Shown here: positions 1 to 13,034 of the stretch, in pieces | Numbering within the stretch: position 1 is the stretch's first letter | Layout: every line of letters starts with the position of its first letter | From: Mustelus asterias | Taxonomy: Eukaryota | DNA: 64,000 bases | Direction: 5' to 3' | Assembly (NCBI RefSeq): GCF_964213995.1 | Contig: NC_135830.1 | Coordinates: forward strand, 12,462,001 to 12,526,000 | Made by a program: the position numbers and the translations under genes | Notes under the pieces: generated by a model | What the model saw: only the letters and a program-made list of their open reading frames with translations | The model's database searches: none | Told to the model about the DNA's origin: nothing

Positions 1-985
1 TCTGCTCACCCTTACCCTCAAACTGCGACACTTAGTTCTGGACTCTCCCATCATCGGGAAAATTCTTTCGGAATCTATTCTGTCGAATCCTAGAGAGGGA
101 GCATAGCAAAGGTTTAACAGGCTGATTCCTGGGATGGCAAGTTTATCAGATGAAGAGAGACTAAATCGGTTAGGATTGTATTCACGAGTTTAGAAGAGTG
201 GGAGGGATCTCATATAAACTTATAAAATTCTAACAGGGTTAGGCAGGGTAGATTCAGAAAGAATGCTCCCAGTGATGGGGGAGTCCAGAACTAGGTGTCA
301 TAGTTTGAGGAAAAAGGGTAAGCCTGTTAGAACTAAGGTGGGAAGAAATTTCTTCATTCAGAAGGTGGTGAATGTATAGAATTCACTACCACAGAATGTA
401 TTTGAGGCCAAAGCGTTTTCTGATTTCAAGAAGAAATTAGATATAACTCTTGGGACTAAAGGGACCAAAGCGTATGAGAGGAAGGGGGAATCAGCATATT
501 AAGTTTGATGATCAACCATGATCAAAATGAATGGCGGAGCAGGCTCGATGGGCCGAATGGCTTATTCCTGCTTCTAGCTTCTATGTGTCTATGTCATCCT
601 CTTAGAATTTTATCAGTTTCAATGAGATCTCCTCTCACTCTTTTGAACTCCAATGAATATGATTCTAACTGATTTATTCTCTACTGAAATGACAAACCTA
701 ACATCCCAAGCAACAGCCTGGAAAACCTTTTCTGTGCTCCCTCTATAGCAAGGACGTCCTTTCTCGTATAAGGACGTCAAAGCTACACACAATATTCCGG
801 GTGTGGCCCCAACAATGCCCGATAGAATTGCAGCAAAACATCCCTATTCCTATGCTCAAATCCTCTTGCTATGAAGGCTAGCATATCATTTTTCTTCTTT
901 ACTGCCTGCTGTAACTGCACGTTTACTTTCAGCGACTGATGCACGAGGACACCAGGCTCTCGCTGAGTATCCATCTCGCACATGC
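1..985. mobile_element. Cluster of CR1-type LINE 3' fragments (minus ~1-91, plus ~92-592, minus ~593-985)
   Basis: CR1 ORF2 C-terminal motifs (e.g. AFIARGFEHRNRDVLLQFYRALLGPHPEYCV in ORF 783..983 -) and CR1 3' end (ggccgaatggcttattcctgcttctagcttctatg). Confidence 0.85.
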
Positions 986-989
986 TTTA

Positions 990-1124
990 TCACTTTGGAG
1001 GGATAACAAACTGCAAGCCCTAATGTTGAGATCAAAGTTTCGTAAAACTACCAAGATTACCGAGTTAACGATTAGCAAAGTCCTGATCTCCGACACAGCT
1101 GTGTATTTCAGTGCCATGAGTCCC
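990..1124 (+). pseudogene. TRAV/DV: TCR alpha/delta V segment remnant (3' half only)
   Basis: Encodes ...TELTISKVLISDTAVYFSAMSP; second Cys codon is AGT (Ser); 5' half replaced by a CR1 fragment; followed by an RSS-like sequence. Confidence 0.8.
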
Positions 1125-1164
1125 CACACTGCTCCAGAGATGTCGCGGGTCCCTGTCAAAATCC
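1125..1164 (+). other. Degenerate 23-RSS
   Basis: CACACTG (1125-1131), 23-24 nt spacer, (G)TCAAAATCC nonamer-like. Confidence 0.65.
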
Positions 1165-1669
1165 CACAGCGACAATTCCAGTGACTACGCAGCAGAGGGC
1201 GCTCTCACACTGCTGAACAGCAGCAATAATTCACTCAGCGGTGTGAGAGCCAGAGGGATATTTCTCAACCTGCAAATAATACAAAGCACAACAATAGATC
1301 GCGAGATCCACTCGTAGAACTATATTACTTTACGATTTAAATTCGCAACATATTAAAAGTAGACTCCACAAGTACATCTGTGGAGCCTTAATTGGTTACA
1401 TGTTAATTGTCCTTGTTCCTTTCAATTTATTTTCCCACTCTGTTCCTTCCCACCTCTAGTTTCCACTTTTCACCCGTAAATTCTTTACTTGCTCCCAATA
1501 TTTAGTTTAACGATTCAGAACCTAATTTTCTGCGCGGCATCTTAAATCAGTCCGGCAAATATCCACTGAGCCACCAAAGGAAACTGTCAGGCGGGGCCAA
1601 TGAATAATCAAAGATTCTCTCCCCTTCTGTCCATCGCCATCGGAACACTTCTCAGAATAGGCATCAGTG

Positions 1670-1922
1670 GGCGGCACGGTGGCACTGCTGCCTCACAGCG
1701 CCAGGGCCTCTGGTCACTGCCTATGTGGAGTTTGCACGTTCTCGTCTGGGTGCTCCGGTTTCCTCCCACAGTCCAAAGTTAGGTTGATTGGCCATACTAA
1801 ATTGTCCCTTAGTGTTAGCAGGACTAATCGGATCAATAGATGGGATTATAAGGGTAGGGCCTCTTTGGGATTGTGGAGGGTGCAGACTTGATGGGCCAAA
1901 TAGCCTCCTTCTGCACTGTGTG
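1670..1922 (+). mobile_element. tRNA-derived elasmobranch SINE (HE1-like)
   Basis: gggcggcacggtggcactgctgcctcacagcgccaggg...tgtggagtttgcacgttctc...ggtttcctcccacagtccaaag; related copies at 39035, 53183, 63570. Confidence 0.8.
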
Positions 1923-3163
1923 CACTGATAATTTAAATGCTTGAACCCAATTTGCCTCAATGTTTTGAAGAAGATAAAGTGGTCAATAATCATTACAAAA
2001 ACATCCCCATGAAGAAGGATTGGGGCCTGATATTGTTCACAGGCCAGAGCGAGTGAGAGAAGGTGTGTCTGATGTGGAAAAGGATGTGAGAAAATGAATG
2101 AAAAACCTACAATGATAGCTGAAATCTGAATTATTATACTGTAATCATTGCTATTATGTTCATTTCTCTTATGAATAGAAGTGATACTGAAAGGTTTTCC
2201 TAGCCGGCTGGTATTGAATTATAGGTAATGAGGACAAGCTTTACATATCCTCTGGGGACTGTAAATCGGCTGTCTCAACTTTGCTCTCGCGTTTTGAACA
2301 CATGATTGTCGAGTTACTGGAAGCGCTGACATTAATATCTCTTAAACAAATTCCAAACTTCGAGGGTCGTGGCTCATTGAATATACCATAACTAACCCGA
2401 TTTAAGTTAATAATTTTAAACAGAGGTGTCATTGAGAGAAATCCTGCGCACATTAGTGGAAATGTTTATCGTTCAAGGTTGTTCCACGGAACGTATAGTG
2501 ACAGCCAGTACCTTTGCTCCAAAGCGGCAGGTATACTTTTTAAGCATATCGTCACAAAAACATGTCCCTACCTTTTAACTATGGTGGGAAGGATTCCATA
2601 GCTGATTATCAGACAGCTGAACGGCGGTATAACCGCTCCTTCCTTCACCAACAGATCCTCGCTTTAGCCTTGAATTATGAGTTTCTCTTCAAGCGGCAGG
2701 GACGCTGGCAATGTGGTGAGTCAATCAGCCACTCCGACATAAAATGCAATAATTGGTCAATAATTGCCTCAGTGCTTCATGAGGAAAATCTCGCAGTCAT
2801 GGTTGAGCCACTCCCCCGATGGTAAGGCTTAAACGGACTGATCCTGAATGAACCAAATCCGGGACCAAGCTTGAGTTTGACGCCCACAATGATCAGAATC
2901 GGGTTTAAATGTCACCATCTGCTGTGGAAAGCTGAAATATTCCTCCCATAAAGCACTGATTGTGACGCAGCTCTGAGTGTTTCCAATCATTGGCAATCAG
3001 CCAATGACAGCCAGCTCACCAGCCTGCCTATTCTCAATGTCACTGGGAACGTCAGAAAGCGAAGTGAAAACATCCTGAGACTCACAGCAGATTACTGAGG
3101 GCGGGGTTTAGAACGGGTGTCTTCAGAATCCCCAACTCCTCTTCGACAGAGCGGACAGAGACA

Positions 3164-3625
3164 ATGCGGCTGCTCAGGATCTGGGTTGTGTGGGCAATAT
3201 TTCTGACAGGTAAATGTGGGCCAAACACATTTCAACTTTTTTTTTACATTTTGAAACATGGTGTAAAACAAAATTTTCAACAGTCGCCGGTCAGATATTT
3301 TTATATTTGTTTTTTCAGATCTGATTCATGGAGATTCTGTCACTCAGTCGCCGTCCTCAGATGTTAGGACAGAAGGAGAAGCGGTGACTTTAAATTGTAA
3401 ATATGATACTGAAGCGAACTACTACTATCTATACTGGTACCGGCAGCACCCGGACTCACAGCCTCAGTTTATACTTTCGAAATACTATAGCGGCGCTGAA
3501 GACAAAGCCGATTTTGCCAAAAGCCGTTTCTCTGTTGAGCTCCAGACGGAGAATAAATTCAGCACTTTAACCATCTCGGGTCTGAAGCTGGCTGACGCCG
3601 TCGTATATTACTGCGCTTTCAGACT
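3164..3625 (+). CDS. TRAV/DV: TCR alpha/delta V gene, apparently functional (leader 3164-3209, V exon 3319-3625)
   Basis: Leader MRLLRIWVVWAIFLT, GT-AG phase-1 intron, open exon DSVTQSPSSDVRTEGEAVTLNCKYDTEANYYYLYWYRQHPDSQPQFIL...RFSVEL...LTISGLKLADAVVYYCAFR with both Cys and Trp. Confidence 0.95.
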
Positions 3626-3664
3626 CACAGTGACAGAAAACAAGCTCAGCCCTGTACAAAAACT
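3626..3664 (+). other. 23-RSS
   Basis: CACAGTG + 23 nt + ACAAAAACT. Confidence 0.97.
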
Positions 3665-4479
3665 GCCTATTAATACAGAATGCAGCTCCTGTCTGTTGTG
3701 GCTTGTGTAAAATCGCGGTAGATGTAGCCACAATGTACAGCAAAAGGAAACCAAGCCAACCTCGAATGAAACTGTTCCCAGGAGCAACGACACAAACAAA
3801 CTGCCGATTTCAATCCGACAAACAGATAAGCACAGAGTCATATTTGAAGATACCCGTTCTAATCCCCGCCTTTAATAATTTGTTCTCTACCCTGGGGATG
3901 TTCATGCCTCACTTCCCTATGTGACTCTGGTTCTGTGAGACCACTTGGTGGCGATCTGGTGCTGACATGGAAAGAAAAGCGTCCGAGCCTGGCTACAGTC
4001 AGTGTCTTGATAGGGGAACGGGCGCACTTTCAGAGACTGGGGGAGATGGAAGAGGTGGGCGGGGAATGTAATCCTGGTCTGTATATTATCATCAGAAAAA
4101 TTTGGATTGTTAGTGCTGACAGAAACCACACCAGCCTCCAGGAAACATTCTGAAGCTCAGTGGGCACGAGGGAAAATTTACTTGGGGTTGGTTTAAAGAT
4201 CACAGTCACCACTTTGCGAAATCTGTTCAATGTGTATAAGTTTTCTTTGATTCGGAACGTACTCTGTTTAAATAAACTGTGTGAGCAGGCCGCGGTCAAA
4301 GGCTCCAGGAAACTGGGAGGGGATATGGAGAGAGGGTTGTTCAATGTTACAGTCACGGAAATGTTTGTGGCTCAAAACTGGGTAGGAGCGCTGTTGGACA
4401 TTTCTCATTAAGCGTGTGCGAAGTTTGTATGATTTAAGTTCATTACGCAACATTACACGAATCTCGATGTAACATCAAT

Positions 4480-5035
4480 TCAAATGCTTTCAGGAATATC
4501 AGAAATGCTGTACCTTAGGACGCAATGTCAGGAAATAAATGTTTGTACACATTCGCAACTCGTTCAGTCCACAACAGTATTTAATGGATTTATATAGATG
4601 GAGACTAACATATGTAATCGCCATCTGAAACATGTCTAATGGTATTGTGGGCCCTAAGACATAGACACAAGCAAAACTGTAAGTGAACTAGAGGAAATGG
4701 CGCACAATTTCCATAAGTATTTTTTAAAAATTGTCCTTCATGATAAAGAATTAGGAAAAACCACTCAGGCAGATGAGGAAATCGTGGATCAGTGCGGACC
4801 TGCTGGGCCTCCTGTAGATGAACGAGATTTCAGCGCCAGAATGATTCACACAGAGAAAAAAGAGGGATCAAGTATAACTAACAGGTCATTTTTCAATCTG
4901 TTCCCTTGAAACATGTTTGATTTTGTTTAAAAGATGACTGGTCAATCTCAAATAAGCACCATGGGATGTCTATTATCCAGTGACTCGATTTCTTTTGTTG
5001 GTCAGTCATGTTTGCAATTCAATGTTGTATATTTC
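4480..5035 (+). repeat. Dispersed duplicated segment (paralog at ~22900-23470)
   Basis: Collinear shared blocks gcaactcgttcagtccacaaca, gaggaaatggcgcaca, cagatgaggaaatcg, tcaagtataactaacag, cagtgactcgatttct. Confidence 0.85.
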
Positions 5036-5104
5036 AGAGAGGACATCTGTGTTAAATACATGTATTGATCTTAAATGTTGAATAATGACACATGCTGGAT
5101 ATAA

Positions 5105-5835
5105 TTGCTTGAAATTATTCGACAGAAGACGAGAATGATGCATTAAATCATTGCTCCCTTCGACATTTGCCGGACGAACGCTTTTAAATTTTGAAATTCT
5201 GGATTAGTTGAGACACCAGGTTGAAAGCAGCGGTTGTTTTATTATATTGAGTTAAATTGAACTCTCAGTCTAACCCTGAGAACCTGCAGTAACCGAGCTG
5301 AGTTGAACAATGCAGACAGACCAACTGCACATTCCAGAGATATTAAATTCAGAATTAAGACATATGTATTAAATAAATGGATTAATACCAAGTATCGAAA
5401 GAAGATGCGCAGGTTAGGTGGATTGGGTATGCTAAGTTGCCCCTTGCGTTAGATAGATTTGCCAAAGGAAAGGAGTAGTGCTACGGAGATAGGATGGGGG
5501 AAAGGGCCTGGTTTCGATACTCTGGGGTCGCTGCAAATTCGTTGGGCCGAATGGCTTTTACAGCACTGTAGGGATTCTATGAGTCCATGAAACAAATACT
5601 GAGTATAATTCGTTGAAATTATTCGCAGGAAGATAAGAATGAAGCATTAATGCTTGTGCAGAAATGATTGCTCCTTTTGACATTTGCCGGACGAACGCTT
5701 TTTAATTTTGAAGTACAACATAAGCTGAGATGTCAGGTTGAAAGTAACGGATGTGTTCTTGTATTGAATGACATGGGCTCTCAATCTCACCATTAGAACC
5801 TGCAGCAATACAGTTGAGTGGAACATTGCAGCCAG
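5105..5835 (+). repeat. Local duplication of ~220 bp (5105-5325 / 5610-5835) separated by a SINE 3' fragment (~5400-5590)
   Basis: gacatttgccggacgaacgctttt and gaacctgcag occur in both copies. Confidence 0.8.
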
Positions 5836-5863
5836 GCCAGTTGCCAGCGCTATGCTGTCACTT

Positions 5864-5936
5864 CTTTCTGTCTTGAAGTGGTTGTCACATTCGCTGAACA
5901 TGCGGGCGCTTCCCGGTTCGTAACCAGGAAGAAACA
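5864..5936 (+). pseudogene. Degenerate tRNA-Val(AAC)-like sequence
   Basis: 73 nt aligning by eye to vertebrate tRNA-Val (AGTGGTTGTCACATTCGC..AAC..CCCGGTTCGTAACC..GAAACA) with stem mismatches. Confidence 0.75.
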
Positions 5937-6266
5937 TTTATTTAGCTTTCTCATGTAGGGTGAGAGAAACCTGAATGATTTCAGTTTCTTGCCGAACATT
6001 ATCCGATTCTCCATGTTACAGCCATATTATATTTGCTCTGACCTCGACCTCAAATGCTTTCTGTAAAATCAGAAATGCTGAATTTTATGGCGCAAATTTA
6101 CAAAATTGTGTAAATTCTCTGAGACATTTTGAATTATGTCCAGAGTATTTCTCCAGAGAAGCTGACTAAAGTTTGTCGGCATTGATCTGAATGGGTCTAA
6201 AATCATTGAAGGCATTTTTTATCGAAGGTAACATGGAATTTGCGAACTTATTTTAAAAGCTTACAC

Positions 6267-6339
6267 GGAACCAGCCAGGAGGCGAATCGGGAACCGTCTG
6301 ATCCGTAGTCAGACACGTTATCCATTGCGCCACTGGCCC
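6267..6339 (-). pseudogene. tRNA-Arg(ACG)-like gene, probably pseudogene
   Basis: Minus strand GGGCCAGTGGCGCAATGGATAACGTGTCTGACTACGGATCAGACGGTTCCCGATTCGCCTCCTGGCTGGTT matches vertebrate tRNA-Arg-ACG; T-arm/B-box altered. Confidence 0.85.
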
Positions 6340-6772
6340 ACATGCTAGCTTGCTGCGGTTGTTACATATTGGTCCTATGGTTCGAAATCGGGCAGAAATT
6401 TTGTCAGAAACTCTGCGTTTACTTGTGAGACAAAGTTCCATCATTGAGATTGTCTTTATTCATTTACAATCATCCCTGATTGCCTTTGAATTGAGTTGCT
6501 GATTTAACCTGCCGTGTTGGAATTCAAACTGCTGTCTAAAGACTACCCAAATACTTCCCATTCTCCTCGGTGAATCAACTAACCAATATTACTTAAATTA
6601 AATATTTTCCATGCATATGACATTAACTCTACATTTTCCACAATATGCATTCAGTAAAAAAGAAACAAAAGTGCTGAAAATTCTCTGCACACTGAGCAGG
6701 ACAAGCGATTTTGACTCAGCATGCATTTTATCAGTTCGTGCAGTGGCTAAAAGAATAGGTCAGAGGCTGGGA

Positions 6773-8910
6773 ATTTGATTTGAACTGTTTTATTATTGTC
6801 ACATGCATTAACATACAGTGAAAATATTGTTTCTTGCGGGTTATACAGACAAAAAGTACCTTCATAGAGAAGGAAACGAGATGGTGCAGAATGTAGCGTT
6901 ACAGTCATAGCTAGGTGTAGAGAAAGATCAACTTAATGCAAGGTAAGTCCATTCAAAATTCTGACAGCAGCAGGGAAGAAGCTGTTCTTGAGTCGTATGG
7001 TACACGATCTCAGATTTTTGTATCATTTTCCCGACGGAAGAAGGTGGAAGAGAGAATGTCCGGGCTGCGTAGTGTTCTTATTGATGCTGGCTGCTTTGTT
7101 GAGGCTGCGGAAAATATAGGCAGAGTCAATGGATGGGAAGCTGGTTTGCGTACTGGATTGAGCTACATTAACGACCTTTTGTAGTTACTTGCGGCCTTGG
7201 GCAGAGCAGGAGCCATACCAAGCTGTGCTACAACCAGAAAGAATGCTTTCTATGGTGCATCTGTTAACGTTGGTGAGAGTCGTAGCTGACATGCCAAATT
7301 TTCCTTAGTCTTCTGAGAAAGTAGAGGCGTTGCTGGGCTCTCTTAACTATAGTGTCGGCATGGGGGACCAGGACAGGTTGTTGGTGATCTGGAAACCTAA
7401 AAACTTGAATCTCGACCCTTTCTACTTCGTCCCCGTTGATGTAGACAGGGACATGTTTTCCTTTACGCTCCCTGAAGTCGATGACAATCTCCTTCGTTTT
7501 GTTGACATTGAGGGAGAGATTATTGTTGCCGCATCAGTTCACCAGATTCTCTATCTCAGTAGACTGGGGCAATACTCATTGGAATTCAGAAGAATGAGGG
7601 GAGATCTTATAGAAACATATAGGATTATGAAGAGAATAGATAAGATAGAAGCAGGGAAGTTGTTTCCACTGGCGGGTGAAACTAGAACGAGGGGGAATAT
7701 CCTCAAAATAAGGGGAAGCAGGTTTAGGACTGAGTTGAGGAGGAACCGCTTCACAGAAAGGATTGTGAATCTGTGGCATTCCCTACCCAGTGAAGCAGTT
7801 GAGGCTACCTCATTGAATGTTTCTTAAGGCAAGGATAGATACATTTTTGAACAGGAAAGGAATTAAGGGTTATGATGAGAGGGCGGGTAAGTGGAGCTGA
7901 GTCCACAAAAAGATCAGCCATGATCTTATTGAATGGCGGAGCAGGCTCGAGGGGCCTGATGTCCTACTCCTGCTCCTAGTTCTTATGTTCTTGTTCTTAT
8001 GTTCTTATTCCTGAACTCTGTCTCATCATTGTTTGAGATCCGACCCGCGACGGTGGTGTCGTCAGCAAACTTGAAAATCGAATTGGAGGGGAATTTGGCC
8101 ACACAGTCATAGGTGTATACGGAGTTATAGTAGGGGGCTGAGAACACAGCGCTGTGGAACACCAGTGTTGAGGGTGATCGGGGAGGATGTGTTGTTGCCT
8201 ATTCTTACTGATTGTGGTCTATGAGTTAAGAAGTTCAGGATCCAATCGCAGAGGGAGGTGTCAAGGCCCAGGCCACGGAGTTTGGAGGTGACTTTCGTGG
8301 GAATAATAGTGTTGAAGGCTGAACTGTGGTCAACAAATCGGAGTGTATCATAGGTGTCCTTGTTATCTAGGTGTTCCAGAGTTGAGTGCAGGGCCAGGCA
8401 GATGCCGTCTGCTGTGGACCTGTTGCGGCGGTAGGTAAACTGTAGTGGATCCAGGTAGTCCGCGAGGCTGGAATTGGTTCATGCCATGACTAGCCTTTCG
8501 AAGCACTTCATAATGATGGCTGTCAGAGCCACCGGCCGATAGTCATTAAGACACACAGCTTGGTTTTTCTTAGGTACCGAGGTGATGGTCGTTATCTTGA
8601 AGCAGATAGGGACCTCTGATTATTGGAAAGAGAGGTTGAAGATGTCTGTGAATACCTCCGTCAGCTGATCCGCGCAGGATCTGTGTGCTCGTCCGGGTAC
8701 CCCAGTCGGTTTCCATGGGTTGACCTTCGAGAAGGCTACTCTGACATCTGCAATGGTGACCCCAGATACAGGTTCATCCAGGGCTTCCAGGGTAGAGGGC
8801 ATGCTCACGCTGACCTCTTGCCCAAAACGGGCGTAGAATGCATTGAGCTCATCAGGGAGGGGTGCGTTGGAGCCGACGATTTTACATGCCTTCTATTTGT
8901 ATCCTGCAGC
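6773..8910 (-). mobile_element. Rex1/Babar-like non-LTR retrotransposon, degenerate, interrupted by a CR1
   Basis: Minus-strand RT-associated motif PTGVPGRAHRSCADQLTEVFTDIFNLS (ORF 8620..8808) followed by ..[11 protein letters not shown]..; short-repeat tail near 6773. Confidence 0.7.
7556..8008 (+). mobile_element. CR1 LINE 3' fragment nested in the Rex1-like element
   Basis: YSLEFRRMRGDLIETYRIMK...RIVNLWHSLP; (ttcttatg)n tail. Confidence 0.9.
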
Positions 8911-8914
8911 GAGT

Positions 8915-9328
8915 AACTCACCTGATTCCCCAAAATCTATCCACCATCTGCATGGCATAATTCAAGAGTGTGAGTGAATACTCCCCACTTACGTGGATGA
9001 TGCAGGAGCTCACCAAAGGCACCTTGGGCAGCATCCAAGACCGCTAACACCTGGAAGTTCTCTTCCAAGCCAATCACCATCCTGACTTGGAAATATATCG
9101 CTGTTCCTTTTCGGTCTCTGGGACAAGGTCCTGGAATAACTAACCCCCCCCCCCACTCTCCACCCCACCGGCCCCACCCCCTGCAACAGCACAATGAATG
9201 TACCTACACTCATAGACTTCAGCGGTTCATGAAGGCAGTTCACCACCACCTTCTCAAGGGAAATTACTGATGGGTAATAATTGCCGGTCGAGCCAGTGAC
9301 ACCCACATCTCGTTAATGAATAAAAAGA
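8915..9328 (+). mobile_element. LINE 3' fragment (CR1/L2-class; related copies 12380-13034 -, 63170-63385 +)
   Basis: cctgacttggaaatatatcgctgttcctt...caccaccaccttctcaaggg...cacatc...aatgaataaaaa 3' end. Confidence 0.7.
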
Positions 9329-10314
9329 AAGATCCAGCCAGCTGCCTGAACGGACAATCATGGGATCCCCTGAACAGGTGAATGGTGACGAAATGAATGT
9401 CCGCTTACATAGTCAACCCTTTTGAAAATATTTTTCCAGCGAGCGTGCTGTGCTGATGGATTCTCTGCAGTTTCTGCACAGGTTCTCAAACCAAATCCTA
9501 TGTGAAACAATCCCGCCGGATGCACCGGAAAGAAATGAGCAAAAACTGCGAATTAGGCAATAGGAAACAACATCATAGGGCTCGTTCGGGATTTCTCGCA
9601 CACTTGACCTCAAATATCCAAAGCGTGAATCATACCCCAAGACCAACGAGCCTTCACTTTGGGTCCTTTCATCGACATAAAATTCATTTGTTTGTATCCA
9701 AAGCAGCTTAGATACCTCTGGTAAAAGCCGAAATTGTTGAAAAAGCTCAGCACGTCCGCATTTGTGGACCGAAAGCTCCAGGAAAACATCCGCCCAATAT
9801 TGCTAACTCGACTGTTTGGCACTGGGCGCTTTTGTGAATAAAGTACACATATTACCCGCTGCAGGACACAAACAATGCCGAGTGCCTTCAATGAATGTGA
9901 ATATTTTCAGCATTCCAACAGCTTTGACAACTCATAACATATCTCGTGAAACAACGTACGTTTGCTATCAGTGCTAATATACTCTTTCTGTTTCGACATT
10001 TGTCCTTTTAATTACATTTTTTTCATTTGGTTCATTGGCCATGCTAAATGCCCCTAGTGTCAGGGGTATTAGCGCGGTGTGGTTACGGGAATACTGGGTG
10101 GGATTGTTACCGGTACAGACTCGATAGGCCGAATATCCTCCTTCTGTACTGTTGAGATTCTATGATTCTGTGAGTCTGTGAATATTGTTGCTGGTCGCTG
10201 TTGCGAGTCAGGAATTCGGCCCGACACTTCCCTCTGCTGGCGGCCACGTGGCACTACAAAGTGCAGCATTCTACCACCTGTGAGTCTTCAGGACTCAAGT
10301 TTGTGTTCAAACAT

Positions 10315-11141
10315 TTGGATGCAAAGCTGGGCTGAAAAATGGCAGATGGAGTTGAACCCTGATAAATGTGAGGTGATTCATTTTGGTAGGACAAATTTAA
10401 ATGTGGATTACAGGGTCAAAGTTAGGGTTCTGAAGCCTGTGGAAGAACAGAGAGATCTTGGGGTTCATATCCACAGATCACTGAAGGTTGCCACTCAAGT
10501 GGATAGAGCTGTGAAGAAGGCCTATAGTGTATCAGCTTTTATTAACAGGGGTTTGGAGTTTAAGAGCCGTGGGGTTATGCTGCAACTGTACAGGACCTTG
10601 GTGAGACCACATTTGGAATAATGTGTGCAGTTCTGGTCACCTCACTATAAGAAGGATGTGGAAGCGCTGGAAGGAGTGCAAAGGAGATTTACCAGGATGC
10701 TGCCTGGTTTGGCGAGTAGGTCTTATGAGGAAAGGTTGAGGGAGCTAGGACTGTTCTCTCTGGAGCGAAGGACGTTGAGGGGAGACTTAATAGAGGTTTA
10801 TAAAATGATGAAGGGGATAGATAGAGTGAACGTTCAAAGGCTATTTCCTCGGGTGGATGGAGCTATTACAAGGGGGCATAACTATAGGGTTCATGGTTGG
10901 AGATATAGGAAGGATGTCCGATGTAGGTTCTTTACTCAGAGAGTGGTTGGGGTGTGGAATGGACTGCCTGCAGTGATAGTGGAGTCAGACACTTTAGGAG
11001 CATTTAAGCGGTTATTGGATAGGAACATGGAGCACACCAGGATGATAGGGAGTGGGATAGCTTGAACTTGGTTTCAGATAAAGCTCGGCACAGCATCGTG
11101 GGCCGAAGGGCCTGTACTGTGCTGTACTGTTCTATGTTCTA
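10315..11141 (+). mobile_element. CR1 LINE, 5'-truncated
   Basis: WAEKWQMELNPDKCEVIHFG...LERRTLRGDLIEVYK...FFTQRVVGVWNGLP; ttctatg tail. Confidence 0.93.
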
Positions 11142-11439
11142 TAAACCCTGAATCCACTCAACATCAAAATCTGAGCGTGCAATTAAAATGCGTTTGCTGA
11201 CAAGACTGCGCCAAATTCAAACCCCAGTGTCATAACTTAAACCTGTATGGATGGTAGGCTTGTGAGGTCACGATGGATTCCTCCCCCGCCCCCCCCCCCC
11301 CCACCCCCCGCCCCCTCTCTCTCTCTCTCACACAGACACACACACACACATTCACTGCAATCAGCTGAACCAAGCCCGGGTTTCTTTCTCAATCTCTGAC
11401 TCATTCCATTCCGATTCACTTAAAGCGATTCAGTCAGAC

Positions 11440-11919
11440 ATGTTTCTGGCGACGCTCTTGTACAGTGAGTACTGGAAAACGTTCACCAAGCCAGATAAAC
11501 ATATTGATGGCAACTTAATTAACAATCTGAAATATCCATGTGATGCGTAGAATAGGTTCCTCAAACTATCGCAGATACAAACACATTTACATTGACTCTT
11601 GACATTTAATTCCTCTATCTTCACAGGCGGACGTCGCGCCGATCCAGTAACTCAGTAACCAGTGACAATAACCGCATCAGAAGGAGGTTCGGTAAAGTTA
11701 GATTGTAACCATGCAGACAAGGATATGTACAGCATGCAACGGTATCAGCAGAAACCGGCACAACCACCGACATGGATTATTTCTAAAATATTAGCAATGA
11801 AGGATGATGAAGTTTCAGGACGATACCTGGCGGCTGCTGACAAGTCTAAGCAGAATGGTTACCTCACTATAAGCGCCCTCAATGTGGAGGACGGGGCGGC
11901 ATATTACTGCGCAGTGAGG
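11440..11919 (+). pseudogene. TRAV/DV: TCR alpha/delta V pseudogene (leader ~11440-11464, exon 11627-11919)
   Basis: DPVTQ*PVTITASEGGSVKLDC...MQRYQQKP...LTISALNVEDGAAYYCAVR: TAA at 11656-11658 and conserved Trp changed to Arg. Confidence 0.9.
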
Positions 11920-11957
11920 CACAGCGTTCGATTCCAGCTAAACCCCGTACAAAAACC
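11920..11957 (+). other. RSS with 22-nt spacer
   Basis: CACAGCG + 22 nt + ACAAAAACC. Confidence 0.9.
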
Positions 11958-12379
11958 TCAGCGAGTATTTACAGCTCCACTAAGTTTCCTCCTGCGCGAA
12001 TGCAGTCAGGTCTATTTACCGGGTATTTTGTCCTGATTGCGATCGGCAGAGAAGCGGTTTGGGAAAACTGGATGCAAATCTCCATGCCGCGATTTATGTA
12101 GTAAACAGAAACAATGAGTATCTCGCTACCAGCTGAAGGATGCACTTAGAAGTGGAGTTAATATGGCAGAAATTTGCAGGCTGTTCTTTCTGAATTGTTA
12201 GCTCAACTAAGCCCACGGACACCTGTAACAAAATGCAGAACGGATAAAAATCTACTGTCATATTTAACAAATGAGAGGTCGAATAGCCGCCACAGAGACT
12301 CACCCAGCAACACGACTATTATTATAACTCTGGGACACAGAAACTCACCCAACAACACGAAGATAGTCGAGCGTATTGT

Positions 12380-13034
12380 GTGGTGGTGAGCTGCCTTCCT
12401 GAAGCTCTGCGGTCCCTGAGGTGCAGGTACACCCACTGTGCTGTTAGTGAGGGAGTTCCAGGGTTTGACCCAGTGACGGTGAAGGAACAGCGATATATTT
12501 CCAAGAAAGGATGTGGAATAACTTGGAAGGGAACCTCTAGGTGGCGATGTTTCCATGTGCCTGCTGCCCTTGTCCTCCTAAATGGCAGTGGTCGTGTGTT
12601 TGGATTGTGCAGCCTAAAAAAAGTTTAGTGAGTTGCTGCAGTGTTTCTTGTAGATGATGCACACGGCTGCCACTGTTCGTCGGTGGTGGCAGGAATGGAT
12701 GTTTACGGAATGGTGAGCAATCAAGCGGACTGCTTTGTCCTGTATCGTGTCGAGTTTATTGAGTTCTTGGAGCGACACTGATCCACGTAAGTAGGGAGCA
12801 TTCCATTTACACTCCTGACTTGTACCTTGTAGATGGTGGATAGGCTTTGGGGAGTCACAAGACGAGTTACTCATCGCAGGATTCCTAACCTTTGACCTGC
12901 TCCGGTAGCCACGGTCCTGGGTCCAGTTCAGTTTTCAGGCAACTCCCAGGATGTTGATGGGGTGGGGTGTGGAGAGAGGGGGGGGCGGGGTGGGGGGGGG
13001 TGGATTCAGCGATGACAATGCCATTGAATGTCAA
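12380..13034 (-). mobile_element. LINE fragment (same family as 8915-9328)
   Basis: Minus-strand KLDTIQDKAVRLI...HHRRTVAAVCIIYK motif (ORF 12614..12874). Confidence 0.75.
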